Positions 36,511 to 49,874 of a DNA stretch of 64,000 bases are shown here, in pieces. This DNA is from Scyliorhinus canicula (lineage: Eukaryota). Position numbers and translations under genes: made by a program. Position 1 is the stretch's first letter. Every line of letters starts with the position of its first letter. Where the stretch lies: NCBI RefSeq assembly GCF_902713615.1, contig NC_052164.1, positions 83,055,830-83,119,829 of the forward strand, read 5' to 3'. The notes under the pieces are model-generated. The model saw only the letters and a program-made list of their open reading frames with translations. It made no database searches and was not told the DNA's origin.

Positions 36511-37700
36511 GAGGAAAAGTTTGCGATTGGATATTGCAAGGAAGCAATTTAAAATGAGAGGCTCAGATATATACTTTGTTCAACAAAACAAATTGGCCCA
36601 CATGGTGCAATGTCTTTGTTCTGTTATTGTTCCGTTAGAATAAGGGTTGGTGACACGATGACATCCATTTCAGCTCTGCCCCTGTCCAAGCTGGTGGAAA
36701 TGTAACTTTTTTTTGTAAGCAGCTTAAACTCACCGCAGCTTTTATTTTGTTGAGTGAAAATGCATTTATTTATATTAGGCAATGCAAAATTTCAAGTTTC
36801 TGTATCTTCAGATATTTTTCAATGAATTAATCCATTTTTTACTCATGCAGGATGGATCTTTTATCTGTTTTCCTTACAGGTAACTGCAAGTGGAACAAGA
36901 TTTGCAGTCACGTCAAGGATTTGAACATTCATCCGTAGAGTTTCAATGTCACAGCATAGTCATCACAGGCAAAAGGTTTTTTTTGTAAAGACAATACTGA
37001 CAGGAATTTAGGCGTAACCCATTCAGGCCATTTGTAATATCCGCAAGCAAGTGCGAGAGAATGGGAGAAATGTACTAACAATGAGTATCAGACTTTTCAA
37101 AACCAGCAAGTCTGAGTAGAAAAAATTGGAATTGGTGAATTAATTTTAATTCATATGAGTTGGTATTCTAAATTATTTGAGGAAAAATGACCTGAAATTC
37201 AAATGAACTCAAGAAAGACAATGAAGAAAACATACAGACAAAGTCTAGGTGGTTTCTGTAAATGTAAAATAAGTATCTTATGAAAAAAGAAATGAATTAA
37301 ATAGTAAAATAAGTCTGTCAGCCCAACAACACTGTTTTTTGAATTTAGGACAATTTTGATGAATGAAAAATGCAGGGTAATATAGCAAGTTACTTTTGAA
37401 AAACTATGATGTTGTCTAAGATAAATAACAAACAAGCAACACATGTTAATGCCTGGAATCAAAAGGGAGGGTATCTGTTATAAAGATATTATGAGAATAT
37501 CTAATTGGACTGTAAAATTTCTCCAGGGCTCATGAAAGAGATAGGGCGGTAACCAGTTGGATGTGTGAAATTGAATGAGAGGAAATAAATTCAGGGTGGG
37601 AGATAGAGACAAAAAATACACAGATTCACGTGGGAATTTGAATAATTTATATTGGGTGTAATATATTGCACCCAAAATATTACAGTGGAATATTAATGGT

Positions 37701-40346
37701 GAGCAGACGGTACAGCGCCCAGGACAGGATCTTCATCAGGTCTGAGATCCAGCAGCTGATACGGGAAGGTATTATCGAGGCCAGCAACAGCCCCTGGGGA
37801 GCCCAAGTGGTAGTTGTAAAAACTGGGGAGAAAAACAGGATGGTCGTCGACTACAGTCAGACCATCAATCGGTACACGCAGCTCGACGCGTACCCCTCCC
37901 ACGCATATCTGATATGGTCAATCAGATTACACAGTACCGGGTCTTCTTGACGGTGGACCTAAAGTCTGCCTACCACCAGCTCCCCATTCGCAAGGTGGAC
38001 CGCCCATACACAGCGTTTGAAGCGGACGGCTGCCTTTACCACTTCCTTAGGGTTCCCTTCGGCGTCACTAACTGGGTCTTGGTCTTCCAACGGGAGATGG
38101 ACCGAATGGTTGACCGGTACGGACTGGGGGCCGCCTTCCCGTACCTGGATAACATCACTATCTGCGGCCACGACTAGCAGGACCACGATGCTAACCTTTC
38201 CAAATTCCTCCACACCGCCAAACTCCTCAACCTAACCTACAAGGAGAAGTGCGTGTTCAGCACTAACCGATTAGCCATCCTCGGCTATGTGGTTCAAAAT
38301 GGGGTTCTAGGGCCCGATCCCGATCGCATGCGCCCCCTCATGGAACTCCCCCTTCTCCATTGCCCCAAGGCCCTCAAACGATGCCTGGGGTTCTTCTCGT
38401 ACTACGCCCAGTGGGTCCCGAACTATGCGGACAAGGCCCGCCCACTCATTCACTCCACCGTTTTCCCACTGCCTGCCGAGGCTCACCAGGCCTTCAACCA
38501 TATCAGGGCCGACATTGCCAAGGCCGCGATGCACGCGTTCGATGAGACGCTCCCCTTTCAAGTCGAGAGCGCTGCATCAGACATCACTGTGGCCGCCACC
38601 CTCAACCAGGCAGGCAGGCCCGGGGTATTCTTTTCACGCACCTTCCACGCCTCTGAAATTCAGCACTCCTCCGTCGAGAAGGAGGCCCAAGCAATAGTAG
38701 AAGCTGTGCAGCATTGGAGGCATTACCTGGCCAGCAGGAGATACACTCTCCTCACTGACCAACCGTCGGTTTCCTTCATGTTCAACAACACACTGAGGGG
38801 CAAGATCAAAAATGATAAGATCTTGAGGTGGAGGATCGAGCTCTCCACCTACAATTACGAGATTCTGTATCGCCCTGGTAAACTCAACGAGCCCCCCGAT
38901 GCCCTATCCCGAGGTACATGTGCCAGCGCACAAATGGACCGACTCCGGACCCTGCACGACGACCTCTGCCACCTAGGGGTCACCCGTTTTTTTCACTTCA
39001 TAAAGGCCCGCAATCTACCCTACTCCATCGAGGAAGTCAGGGCTATCACCAGAGACTGCCAGGTCTGCGCGGAGTGTAAACCGCACTTCTACCGGCCCGA
39101 CCGAGCGCACCTGGTGAAGGCCTCCCGCTCCATTGAATGCCTCAGCGTGGATTTCAAAGGGCCCCTCCCCTCCACCGACCAAAACACGTACTTTCTTCAT
39201 GTGGTTGACGAATACTCCAGATTCCCCTTCATCGTCCCATGCCCTGATATGCCGTCTGCCATCGTCATCAAAGCCCTCAACACCATCTTCGCTCTGTTGG
39301 GTTTCCCCGCCTACGTCCACAGCGACCGGGGATCCTCATTCATGAGAGATGAGCTGCGGCAGTACCTGCTCAGCAGGGGCATCACCTCAAGCAGGACGAC
39401 CCGCTACAACCCCCGGGGAAATGGACAAGTGGAGTGGGAGAATGGGACCGTCTGGAAGGCCGTCCAGCTGGCCCTACGGTCCAGAAATCTCCCGGCCTCC
39501 CGCTGGCAGGAGGTCCTCCCCGACGTCCTTCACTCCATTCGGTCGCTCCTTTGCACTGCGACTAATGAAACTCCCCATGAACGTCTCTTTCCCTTCTCCA
39601 GAAAGTCCACCTCCGGGGTTTCGCTCCCAACATGGCTGGCAGCTCCAGGACCTGTTCTCCTCCGTAAGCACGTGCGGCTCCACAAGGCGGACCTGTTGGT
39701 TGAGAGGGTACAGCTACTTCACGCGAACCCGCAGTACGCCTTTGTGGCGTACCCCGACGGCCGCCAAGACACAGTCTCCCTCAGGGACCTGGCACCAGCC
39801 GGGTCCCCACGCACCCTCCCCCTCCCCCGGCGCCACATCCCCTCCCCCCCAGCGCACCCCACCACAGCCCCCACTTCAGGACGATCCGTTCTCCCCTTAG
39901 TCCCACCCGGGGATGAAGATGAGGTCGAGACGCTCCCGGAGTCACCAACGGCCGAACTGACGCATGCATCGGCGCTCGCAATGACGGATCAAGGCGCCCG
40001 ATCGTCTGAATTTGTAAACCTTTCCTAAAATGTGAAACACCTGCATGTAAGTAGCCTTCCACCACCCCCGCTGGACTCTTTTTTAACAGGGGGGTGAATG
40101 TGGTAGTCACCACTGTTGTATTGTACTGTATATATCGTATATAAGGGATATTACGGTAAGGCCCCTGTACTACAGGTACGGGGGGGTAGACCCCTGCCTG
40201 CTGGCTCCGCCCAGTAGGCGGAGTATAAATGTGTGGGCTCTCCGAGCTGCAGCCATTTCGGCAGCAGCTGCAGAGGCTACACATCTCTGCGTAATAAAGT
40301 CTTGATTACACTCTACTCTCGTCTCGTCGTAATCGATAGTGCATCA
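37701..40346 (+). mobile_element. Young 5'-truncated Ty3/Gypsy element: RT-RNaseH-integrase, PPT, 3' LTR (40099-40346)
   Basis: RMVVDYS, DLKSAYHQ, VPFGVTN, YLDN; ORF 38253-40028 with RNase H (EKEAQAI), HHCC and DFKGP/SDRG integrase motifs; PPT AACAGGGGGGTGAA; LTR TGTGG..GCATCA with TATA and AATAAA. Confidence 0.93.
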
Positions 40347-40620
40347 GGTATGTGCACTACTTAACAAAGTGTGGCATGAAATAGTTAATGTGGCCAGTGC
40401 AGTGAGGCAAGAGGCAGGATTTCAAGCAATTTCCACCATGTGTTTGGCAGTGGCAGAGGCAGCCCACCATTAGCTGGTGACGTGATCTTCTGGTCCCGCC
40501 ACTATCAACAGAGTTTCCTGTTTTATGCACCCCCCACCTCCAGGAAACTCACAATGGGGGTTTGCCACCAGCGGGATTTGTGAGCGGCCAGAAAACACCT
40601 GCCAACATCTTGAAATTATC

Positions 40621-40848
40621 TTTTTTTTTATAAATTTAGACTACCCAATTAATTTTTTCTAATTAAGGGGCAATTTAGCGTGGCCAATTCACCTACCCTG
40701 CACATCTTTGGGTTGTGGGGGCGAAACCCACGCAAACATGGGGAGAATGTGCAAACTCCACACGGACAGTGACCCAGAGCCGGGATCGAACCTGGGACCT
40801 CAGTGCCTTGAGGCAGCAATGCTAACCACTGAGCCACCGTGCTGCCCC
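40621..40848 (-). mobile_element. Short HE1-like SINE
   Basis: A/B boxes; TSD AACATC(TTG/GCT)AAATTATC at 40604-40620 and 40850-40866. Confidence 0.9.
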
Positions 40849-40931
40849 GAACATCGCTAAATTATCAAGGCAAGGACACACCACCTAGAGAAACGGACTT
40901 CAAAACAATCAAGATAGAATTAACTACACTG

Positions 40932-41163
40932 GGGCAGCACGGTGGCGCAGTGGTTTGCGCTGCTGCCTCACGGCGCCGAGGTCCCAGGTTCGATCCCGAC
41001 CCTGGGTCACTGTCCGTGTGGAGCTTGCACATTCTCCCCATGTTTCGGGTTGGTTCTCACCCCACAACCCAAAGATGTGCAGAGTAGGTTGTTTGGCCAT
41101 GCTGAATTGTCCCTTAATTGGAATAAAAGAAATGGGTACTCTAAATCTAAAGAAATAAAAAAA
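40932..41163 (+). mobile_element. Short HE1-like SINE
   Basis: GGGGCAGCACGGTGGCGCAGTGG head, GGTTCGATCCC B-box, A-rich tail. Confidence 0.9.
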
Positions 41164-42199
41164 AGTGTTCTTAACAGAACACAAATAATGCATCTCAACC
41201 CATAACATTTATTTCTATTTTCCCAATTGCTTCAGTCTTTTTGTCATGTTTTCAGGCAAAATATTTCTCTGTGCATAACTTCCAGAAATATTTGGCAACT
41301 TTTGGCATAGTTTAGCTCAAATGTTTCACAGAAAATGCAAGAAGTGAGTGAGGTTTCATATTACAGAGACTGTATTGTGATGTGATGGAGATTGAGTTGT
41401 TTCCCTGGGGAAAACTGCAACAATAAAATGGCAGCATATGGAATCCTTTATTGTGACTAATCGCTTTGTCATTTTTTCCATTTGGCAAATTAGATGTGAC
41501 AGCATAATAATTCCTCTGTATCAAGAAACAAAGGAGCTCCACATTAATTTGTATGTTTGTTGATTTTTACTGTGGTTCAAGCTTTTATGATCAATATTAG
41601 GCAATGCAGATGTGAATATTGTCTTGGCAAATTGGAAGTTGCGCTAATTATGATGACAACGTTTAATTTGATTTACTATGTTATCTCTTTATTCAGTACA
41701 TGTATTGCATGTTAGTTGATTTACTGTTTTAAGTTTTGATCATAACTTTTGCACATGATTTATCACCAAATACAAAATTGTAGGTTTCTCCTCCTGTCAG
41801 TGGCAGGCAGGGATAGAGAATGTGATCAGAGGAAAAAAATTGTTTTCCCGATTGTGAGAAATGACAGCAGGAATTTGTAGCCCAACATCAGGACAGGATA
41901 ATGGAAGATCACCATTCCCGCTGAACGACTTTGGGAAACGGATGTACATGTGCTCAATCTTATTTAAACCAGCAGCAGACTGGAATGGGACCCCCCCCGT
42001 GTCTGTCTGATGCTCCTCCTCCCTTTTGGAACCAAAGATCCTCCCTGATTCTTTGTGGAGGTGGGGAACCTGGAGGGAAATAACGATGTGGCGTTCCCCT
42101 CGCACTGAAAAAGCTTACCCATGACTACAGCCGTGGAATGTAGGTCCAAATGCATTTACAGTAGAAATTGGGCTTTCTGCTGGACCAGGTTCCCAATGG

Positions 42200-42910
42200 C
42201 AGTGTTTCTCAAACCTTTTCCTGGAACTCACTTTTGCCAAACAGCTGACCTTTGGGACCGACGCCAGCCGACATACGGCATGTTCACTTACCTTTAAAAC
42301 AAAAGGGGAGATTGTTTGATCCTCGCGATTTCATTCCAATCAGATTCATAAGAGGAGAGGGCAAAGTGCATATCAGTCGCAGAGTTTAGCCAGTTCCTTT
42401 GTGCCATCTTCATCTTTGTTAGAATGGCAAATCTAACCTTGTACATGTAGGACAGCACTGGATACTCCTGAGAGATGCTACTCCAGAATTCTGACAGCCT
42501 CATGGGCTGTTGGCATGTTTTTAATGTGCTGTCACATGTCAATCCTTTTGGTTGGAGACACTTCTCTTTCAAAATCTGAAACTTCTCTCATTTGCCAGTA
42601 CTTCCCTGCAGCTAACACATGTGGGCTTTATATCCTTATTTCAATTGGCACAATTGACAAAACCATACCTCAAGAAATCATATTTATTCTGCATTGTTCT
42701 GAGTTAAGTTTCTTCTTTGTAGGCTGTTGACCAGAGGCCCTGGAGCTCTGTACAGAATTAACACCAGCATTGCTCTGATCTGCCCTGGCCTTTCCTGAGC
42801 AGCTCTCTCCAGAAGATTCAGTTGTGAGATCCTGGCCACTTGGTACTCTGTCTATTTGTGTCTCTGGCTGTCTCTTTCCTACAAAAAAAATGATTCATCT
42901 TCATAGTCCT
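42200..42910 (-). mobile_element. hAT (Buster/ZBED5-SCAND3-like) internal-deletion derivative
   Basis: CAGTGTTTCTCAAAC terminus; dimerisation domain EFWSSISQEYPVLS..RNWLN..DMHFALSS joined to N-terminal FLRYGF..CVSCREVLANE. Confidence 0.75.
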
Positions 42911-43859
42911 CTTGCCTTGCTTGCCAGCAGCTATAAAATGGAAGAAGCTCTCCTCTGTGATTTGGCATCAGAAGCACATACATACAGGGTGCTTGACGTC
43001 AAGTGTACCTGCAGGATGCGTGAGCTGCTCACTGTTGCCATTTATAGCCAGAAGACTGCACACAGCCTCAATTCCTTCTCATTTAAAAGCAGCAGTGACT
43101 GCCATGCTCAATAAAAATGCCAGAAGCGGCCTTTGGGCATTTTTCCACGTATGGGATCACTGCAGAGAATGCGACCAATCGCTACATGAACCACCCGTTG
43201 GTCATGACCCATGTTTTGAAAATCCCTGCTATATGGCAATCCTTCCATGACGACTTCGATGTGCTCACATGTCGGAGCCTCGACATCAGAGAGCATGTGA
43301 ATAGACTCCTCCGCCTCACGTTCCACTTCAAAAAGGGCCTCTGACACCTTTGCCTGATGTCCCCGTGTCTCTCTGATATTCCAACATCTTGTCCAGGAGC
43401 ATTTACAGAGGCTCGTCATCTGACAGACTTAGCAGGGGCTTTTTCTCCAGCTGTACTCCAGGTCCAGGGACCTTAGCTGTCACTGCCTCCTCCTGCTCTG
43501 GACACCTGTTTGTGAGGTGACCAGCAGAGTGTGAGCCAGAGCCTAAACTAGATCGATGAGCGGCTGAGGTATGTGTCTCTGGTTGGCAGAGGGTGAAGGA
43601 GAATGCTGTGATCGCTGTACAGGTGAGAAATTGTCCTCATCCTGTTCTGAGGCCACCTGCGTGCTGAGTTTATATTCAGGTGCAGGTGTTGGCCTCACTC
43701 TCTCCCTGTTAGCAACTGGAATGGAGAGAGAAGAGAATGAGTGGCTATCTAGGTTGCTTTCTACATTGCACCCGCAAGCTCCAATTTTCAGTGATTAAGC
43801 ATGCTTCCTCACTGGATGCTTGGGGAAGGTCGTAGGTGCCCCCGGCACAGGTACAGTCA

Positions 43860-44250
43860 AGGTCATGTCGGCAGCCTGCTGCTCAAATTAGGTAAGGGGG
43901 CAGATCTCGGGCATCAACCCTCCCATCTTTTCCATTTCGTGCCGGTTGTGCCCCATCTTGTCTTGCATAAAAAATGATAGGTGGATTGTAAGCAATTCTG
44001 ATGCCGGTCTCATGTTGCGAGTTCTGTGGTTGAAACATGACACTGTAACTTCCAAATGGCAGGTCACCATTTTCAAGGCAAATGTGAGGAGCTTGAGGGG
44101 AAACTGTCCACTCACCTGGAGAAGTGTAACTTCAACGGCACTCGCGGAGCTGGAGACCATCCAGGGCGAAGCTTGGTTGGCACTCCATTCAGCACCATCA
44201 ATAATGACCCCCTCCAGACCCTCAAGCAGCTGGAAGGATAAGGGCAACAA
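43860..44250 (+). mobile_element. Degenerate CR1-group LINE fragment
   Basis: SKWQVTIF and KANVRS-like motifs typical of CR1/L2 ORF2 C-terminus. Confidence 0.5.
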
Positions 44251-44368
44251 AGCATCTTTAATGTAGAAAAACATCCCACGCTTTTTCGCAGAGGGAGAAT
44301 CAGAAAATGGACCACTGAGAGACTATTCAGAAAGGGTAATCAAATGTTTGGTCAAAGCAATGAATTTT

Positions 44369-47300
44369 TTTATTTTTTTTAAATAATTTTTATTGAAATT
44401 TTTTGAAAAATATATATCAACAAAACAATATAATAATAACAATAATAATAATAATAATAAACACCCCCCGGCACCCGTAACAACGCATATAACAAACCCC
44501 TCACCCCCCCAACCCCAATAAACAACAGAATAAATTAACAATAAGCAAATTAACTTAAACACTATCCCCCCAAACCGCCCCCCCCAACCTTTCCCCCCCT
44601 CCCCCCCGGGTTGCTGCTGCTGCTGACCTAGTACCTTATCGTTGAGCCAGAAAGTCGAGGAAAGGCTGCCACCTTCTAAAGAACCCTTGTACCGACCTCC
44701 TCAGGGCGAACTTGATCCTTTCCAACTTAATGAATCCCGCCATGTCATTAATCCAGGTCTCCTCACTCGGAGGTCTCGCATCTTTCCACTGCAGCGAGAT
44801 CCTCCACCGGGCAACTAAGGACGCAAAGGCCAAGACATCAGCCTCTTTCGCCTCCTGCACTCCCGGCTCCACCCCAACCCCAAATATCGCAAGTCCCCAA
44901 CCTGGCTTGACCCTGGATCCCACCACCCTCGACACCGTCCCCGCCACCCCCTTCCAGAACTCCTCCAGTGCCGGGCATGCCCAGAACATATGGGCATGGT
45001 TCGCTGGACTCCCCGAACACCTGACGCACTTGTCTTCGCCCCCAAAGAACCTACTCATCCTAGATCCAGACATGTGGGCCCGGTGCAGCACCTTGAACTG
45101 GATGAGACTAAGCCTCGCACATGAAGAGGAGGAGTTCACCCTCTCCAGGGCGTCCGCCCATGTCCCCTCCTCAATCTGCTCCCCCAGCTCCATCTCCCAC
45201 TTAGCCTTCAGCTCCTCTACCGACACCTACCCCACCTCCTGCATTACCTGATAGATGTCAGACACCTTCCCATCCTCGACCCACACCCCTGGAAGCACCC
45301 TATCTCTTACCCCATGCGGGGGCAGCAAAGGGAACCCCTCCACCTGTCGCCTAGCAAACGCCTTGACCTGAAGGTACCTGAACATATTCCCCGGGCGGAG
45401 CTCAAACTTCTCCTCCAGTTCACCAAGGCTCGTGAACCTACCGTCAATAAACAGGTCTCCCAACTTCCTAATGCCCGCCCTGTCCCACCCCAGGAACCCG
45501 CCATCCATGTTCTCTGGAAGAAACCGGTGGTTCCCCCGTAGCGGGGCCTCCACCGAGCCCCCCACTTCCCCCCTGTGTCGCCTCCACTGCCCCCGAATTT
45601 TGAGGGTGGCCGCCACCACCGGGCTCGAGGTGTACCTCGTTGGAGGGAGCGGCAATGGAGCCGTTACCAGTGCCTTCAGGCTCGTGCCTCCGCAGGACGC
45701 CATCTCCATCCTTTTCCATGCTGCCACCTCCCCCTCCATTACCCACTTGCATACCATCGAGACATTAGCCACCCAATAGTACCCAGAGAGGTTGGGCAGC
45801 GCCAGCCCCCCTCTATCCCAGCCCCGCTCCAAAAAGACCCTCCTTACCCTCGGAGTCCCTTGCGCCCAAACAAATCCCAGAATGCTGCTATTCACCCTCC
45901 TAAAAAAGGCCCTCAGAACGAAAATGGGGACGCACTGAAACAAAAACAAAAACCTCGGGAGCACCGTCATTTTAACGGACTGTACTCTACCCGCCAACGA
46001 CAACGGCAGCATGTCCCACCTTTTAAATTCCTCCTCCATCTGCTCCACCAACCTAGTAAAATTGAGCTTGTGCAGAGTCCCCCAGCTCCTAGCCACCTGA
46101 ACCCCCAGGTACCTAAAATTCCTCACTGCCGTCTTTAGCGGGAGCCTACCAATCCCCTCCTCCTGATCTCCCGGGTGCACGACAAACAGCTCGCTCTTTC
46201 CCAGGTTCAATTTAGAACATAGAACATTACAGCACAGTACGGACCCTTCGGCCCTCGATGTTGCGCTGACCTGTGAAACCATCTGAAGCCAATCTGACCT
46301 ACATTATTCCATTTTCATCCATATGTCTATCCAGTGACCACTTAAATGCCCTTAAAGTTGGCGAGTCTACTACTGTTGCAGGCAGGGCGTTCCACGCCCC
46401 TACTACTCTCTGAGTAAAGAAACTGCCTCTGACATCTGTCCTATATCTACTACCCCTCAATTTAAAGCTATGTCCCCTCGTGTTGTTCATCACCATCCGA
46501 GGAAAGAGACTCTCACTGTCCACCCTATCTAACCCTCTGACTATCTTATATGTCTCTATTAAGTCACCTCTCAGCCTTCTCCTCTCTAACGAAAACAACC
46601 TCAAGTTCCTGAGCCTTTCCTCATAAGACCTTCCCTCCATACCAGGCAAATCCTAGTAAATCTCCTCTGAACCCTTTCCAAAGCTTCCACATCCTTCCTA
46701 TAATGTGGTGACCAGAACTGCACGCAGTACTCCAGGAGCGGCCATACCAGAGTTATGTACAGCTGCAGCATGACCTTGTGGCTCCGAAACTCAATCCCCC
46801 TACTGATAAAGGCTAGCACACCATATGCCTTCTTAACAGCCCTGTTAACCTGGGTGGCAACTTTCAGGGATTTATGTACCTGGATGCCGAGATCTCTCTG
46901 TTCATCTACACTACCAAGAATCTTGCCATTAGCCCAGTACTCTGCATTCCTGTTACTCCTTCCAAAGTGAACCACCTCACACTTTTCCACATTAAACTCC
47001 ATCTGCCACCTCTCAGCCCAGCTCTGCAGCTTATCTATGTCCCTCTGTATCCTATAACATCCTTCAGCACTATCCACAACTCCACCGACCTTCGTGTCAT
47101 CTGCAAATTTACTAACCCATCCTTCTACACCCTCTTCCAGGTCATTTATAAAAATGACAAACAGCAGTGGCCCCAAAACAGATCCTTGCGGTACACCACT
47201 AGTAACTGAACTCCAGGATGAACATTTGCCATCAACCACCACCCTCTGTCTTCTTTCAGCTAGCCAATTACTGATCCAAACCACTAAATCACCTTCAATT

Positions 47301-49696
47301 CCATACTTCCTTATTTTCTGCAATAGCCTACCGTGTGGAACCTTATCAAACGCCTTACTGAAATCCATATACACCACATCAACCGCTTTACCCTCGTCCA
47401 CCTGTTTGGTCACCTTCTCAAAAAACTCAATAAGGTTTGTGAGGCATGACCTACCCTTCACAAAACCGTGTTGACTATCGCTAATCAACTTGTTCTTTTC
47501 AAGATGATTATAAACCCTATCTCTTATAACCTTTTCCAACATTTTACCCACAACCGATGTAAGGCTCACAGGTCTATAATTACCAGGGTTGTCTCTACTC
47601 CCCTTCTTGAACAAGGGGACAACATTTGCTATCCTCCAGTCTTCCGACACTATTCCTCACGACAAAGACGACATAAAGATCAAGGACAAAGGCTCTGCAA
47701 TCTCCTCCCTGGCTTCCCACAGAATCCTAGGATAAATCCCATCTGGCCCAGGGGACTTATCTATTTTTACACTTTCCAAAATTGCTAACACCTCCTCCTT
47801 GTGAAGCTCAATTCCATCTAGCCTGGTCGACTGAACCTGAGTATTCTCCTCGACAACATTGTCTTTCTCCAGTGTAAACACTGACGAAAAATGTCCATTT
47901 AACGCTTCCCCTATCTCCTCTGATTCCACACACAACTTTTCACTACTATCCTTGATTGGTCCTAATCTTACTCTAGTCATTCTTTTGTTCCTGATATACC
48001 TATAGAAAGCCTTAGGGTTTTCCTTGATCCTATCCGCCAATGGCTTTTCGTGTCCTCTCCTCGCTCTTCTTAATTCTCCCTTTAGGTCCTTCCTGGCTAA
48101 CTTGTAACTCTCTAGTGCTCTAACTGAGCCTTCATGTCTCATCCTAACATAAGCCTTCTTCTTCCTCTTGACAAGTGCTTCAACTTCCTTAGTAAACCAT
48201 GGTTCCCTTGCTCGACAACTTCCTCCCTGCCTGACAGGTACATACTTATCAAGGACACGCAGTAGCTGTTCCTTGAAAAAGCTCCACATTTCGATTGTAC
48301 CCATCCCCTGCAGTTTCCTTCCCCATCCTATACATCCTAAATCTTGCCGAATAGCATCATAATTGCCTTTCCCCCAGCTATAATTCGTGCCTTGCGGTAT
48401 ATACCTATCCCTGCCCATTGCTAAAGTAAACATAACCGAATTGTGATCACTATCACCAAAGTGCTCACCTACATCTAAATCTAACACCTGGCCGGGTTCA
48501 TTACCCAGTACCAAATCCAATGTGGCCTCGCCCCTTGTTGGCCTGTCTACGTATTGTGTCAGAAAACCCTCCTGCACACACGGCACAAAAACTGACCCAT
48601 CTATAGTACTCGAACTATAGTATTTCCAGTCAATATTTGGAAAGTTAAAGTCCCCCATACAACTACCCTGTTACTCTCACTCCTGTCGAGAATCATCTTT
48701 GCAATCCTTTCCTCTACATCTCTGGAACTATTCGGAGGTCTATAGACAACGCCCAACAGGGTGACCTCTCCTCTCCTGTTCCTAACCTCGGCCCATACTA
48801 CCTCAGTAGACGAGTCCTCAAACGTCCTTTCTACCGCCGTAATACTTTCCTTGATTAACAATGCCACACCCACCCCTCTTTTACCATCTTCTCTGTTCTT
48901 ACAGAAACATCTAAATCCTGGAACCTGCAACAACCATTCCTGTCCCTGCTCTACCCATGTCTCCAAAATCGCCACAACATCGAGATCCCAGGTACCAACC
49001 CATGCTGCAAGCTCACCCACCTTATTCCGGATGCTCCTCGCGTTGAAGTAGACACACTTCAAACCAGCGTCTTGCTTGCCAGTGCCCTCTTTCGAACTTT
49101 TAACCCTATCCCTGACCTCACTACTCTCAACATCCTGAGAAACTCCCGAACTCAGCAAGAATCTCCATCACCTCCGGCATTCCCCCCACTGGGTCTGCTA
49201 CATACAACAACAAGTCGTCCGCATACAGTGACACTCGGTGCTCCTCCCCCCCTCGCACCAAACCCCTCCACCTCCTCGACTCCCTGAGAGCCATGGCAAG
49301 AGGCTCTATTGCCAGCGCAAAAAGCAAGGGGGACAGGGGGCGCCCCTGCCTCGTCCCACGGTGGAGCCTGAAGTACTCGGACCTCCTCCCATTTGTCGCT
49401 ACACTCGCCATCGGGGCCTCGTACAGCTACCTCACCCATTTAATAAACCCCACCCCAAACCCGAGCCTTTCCAACACCTTCCACAAGTACCCCCACTCAA
49501 CCCTGTCAAAGGCCTTCTCCGCATCCAATGCCACCACAATCTCCGCCTCTCCTTCTGCTGTCGACATCATTATCACATTTAGCAGCCTTCGCACGTTGGT
49601 GTTCAGCTGCCTCCCCTTCACAAAACCCGTCTGATCTTCATGTATCACCCCCGGCACACAGTCCTCTATTCTTCATGTATCACCCCCGGCACACAG
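44369..49696 (-). mobile_element. 5'-truncated L1-clade LINE with nested CR1
   Basis: Poly(A)/AATAAA end at 44369-44395; ORF2 homologous to 301-2430; YADD; perfect 15-bp TSD AAAGCAATGAATTTT at 44354-44368 and 49697-49711. Confidence 0.95.
46213..49131 (-). mobile_element. CR1-clade LINE (HER1-like), nearly complete ORF2
   Basis: YFNARSIRNK, GDFNFP, SDHN, KSPGPDG, DFSKAFDKVPH, GVPQGSVLGP, FADD; 3' (TTCTATG)n tail. Confidence 0.93.
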
Positions 49697-49874
49697 AAAG
49701 CAATGAATTTTAAGAAACCGAATAAGTTGGTGAAGCGGAGGATATGTAAGAGGTACATGCTGACTTTACTGTGCTGACAGCTTCATGGGCTTTTGGCATG
49801 TTTTTAATGTGCTGTCACAGGTCAGTGTTTTCATTTGGAGTCAGCTGTAAGTTAATAACTGACTCTGGGGTCTC

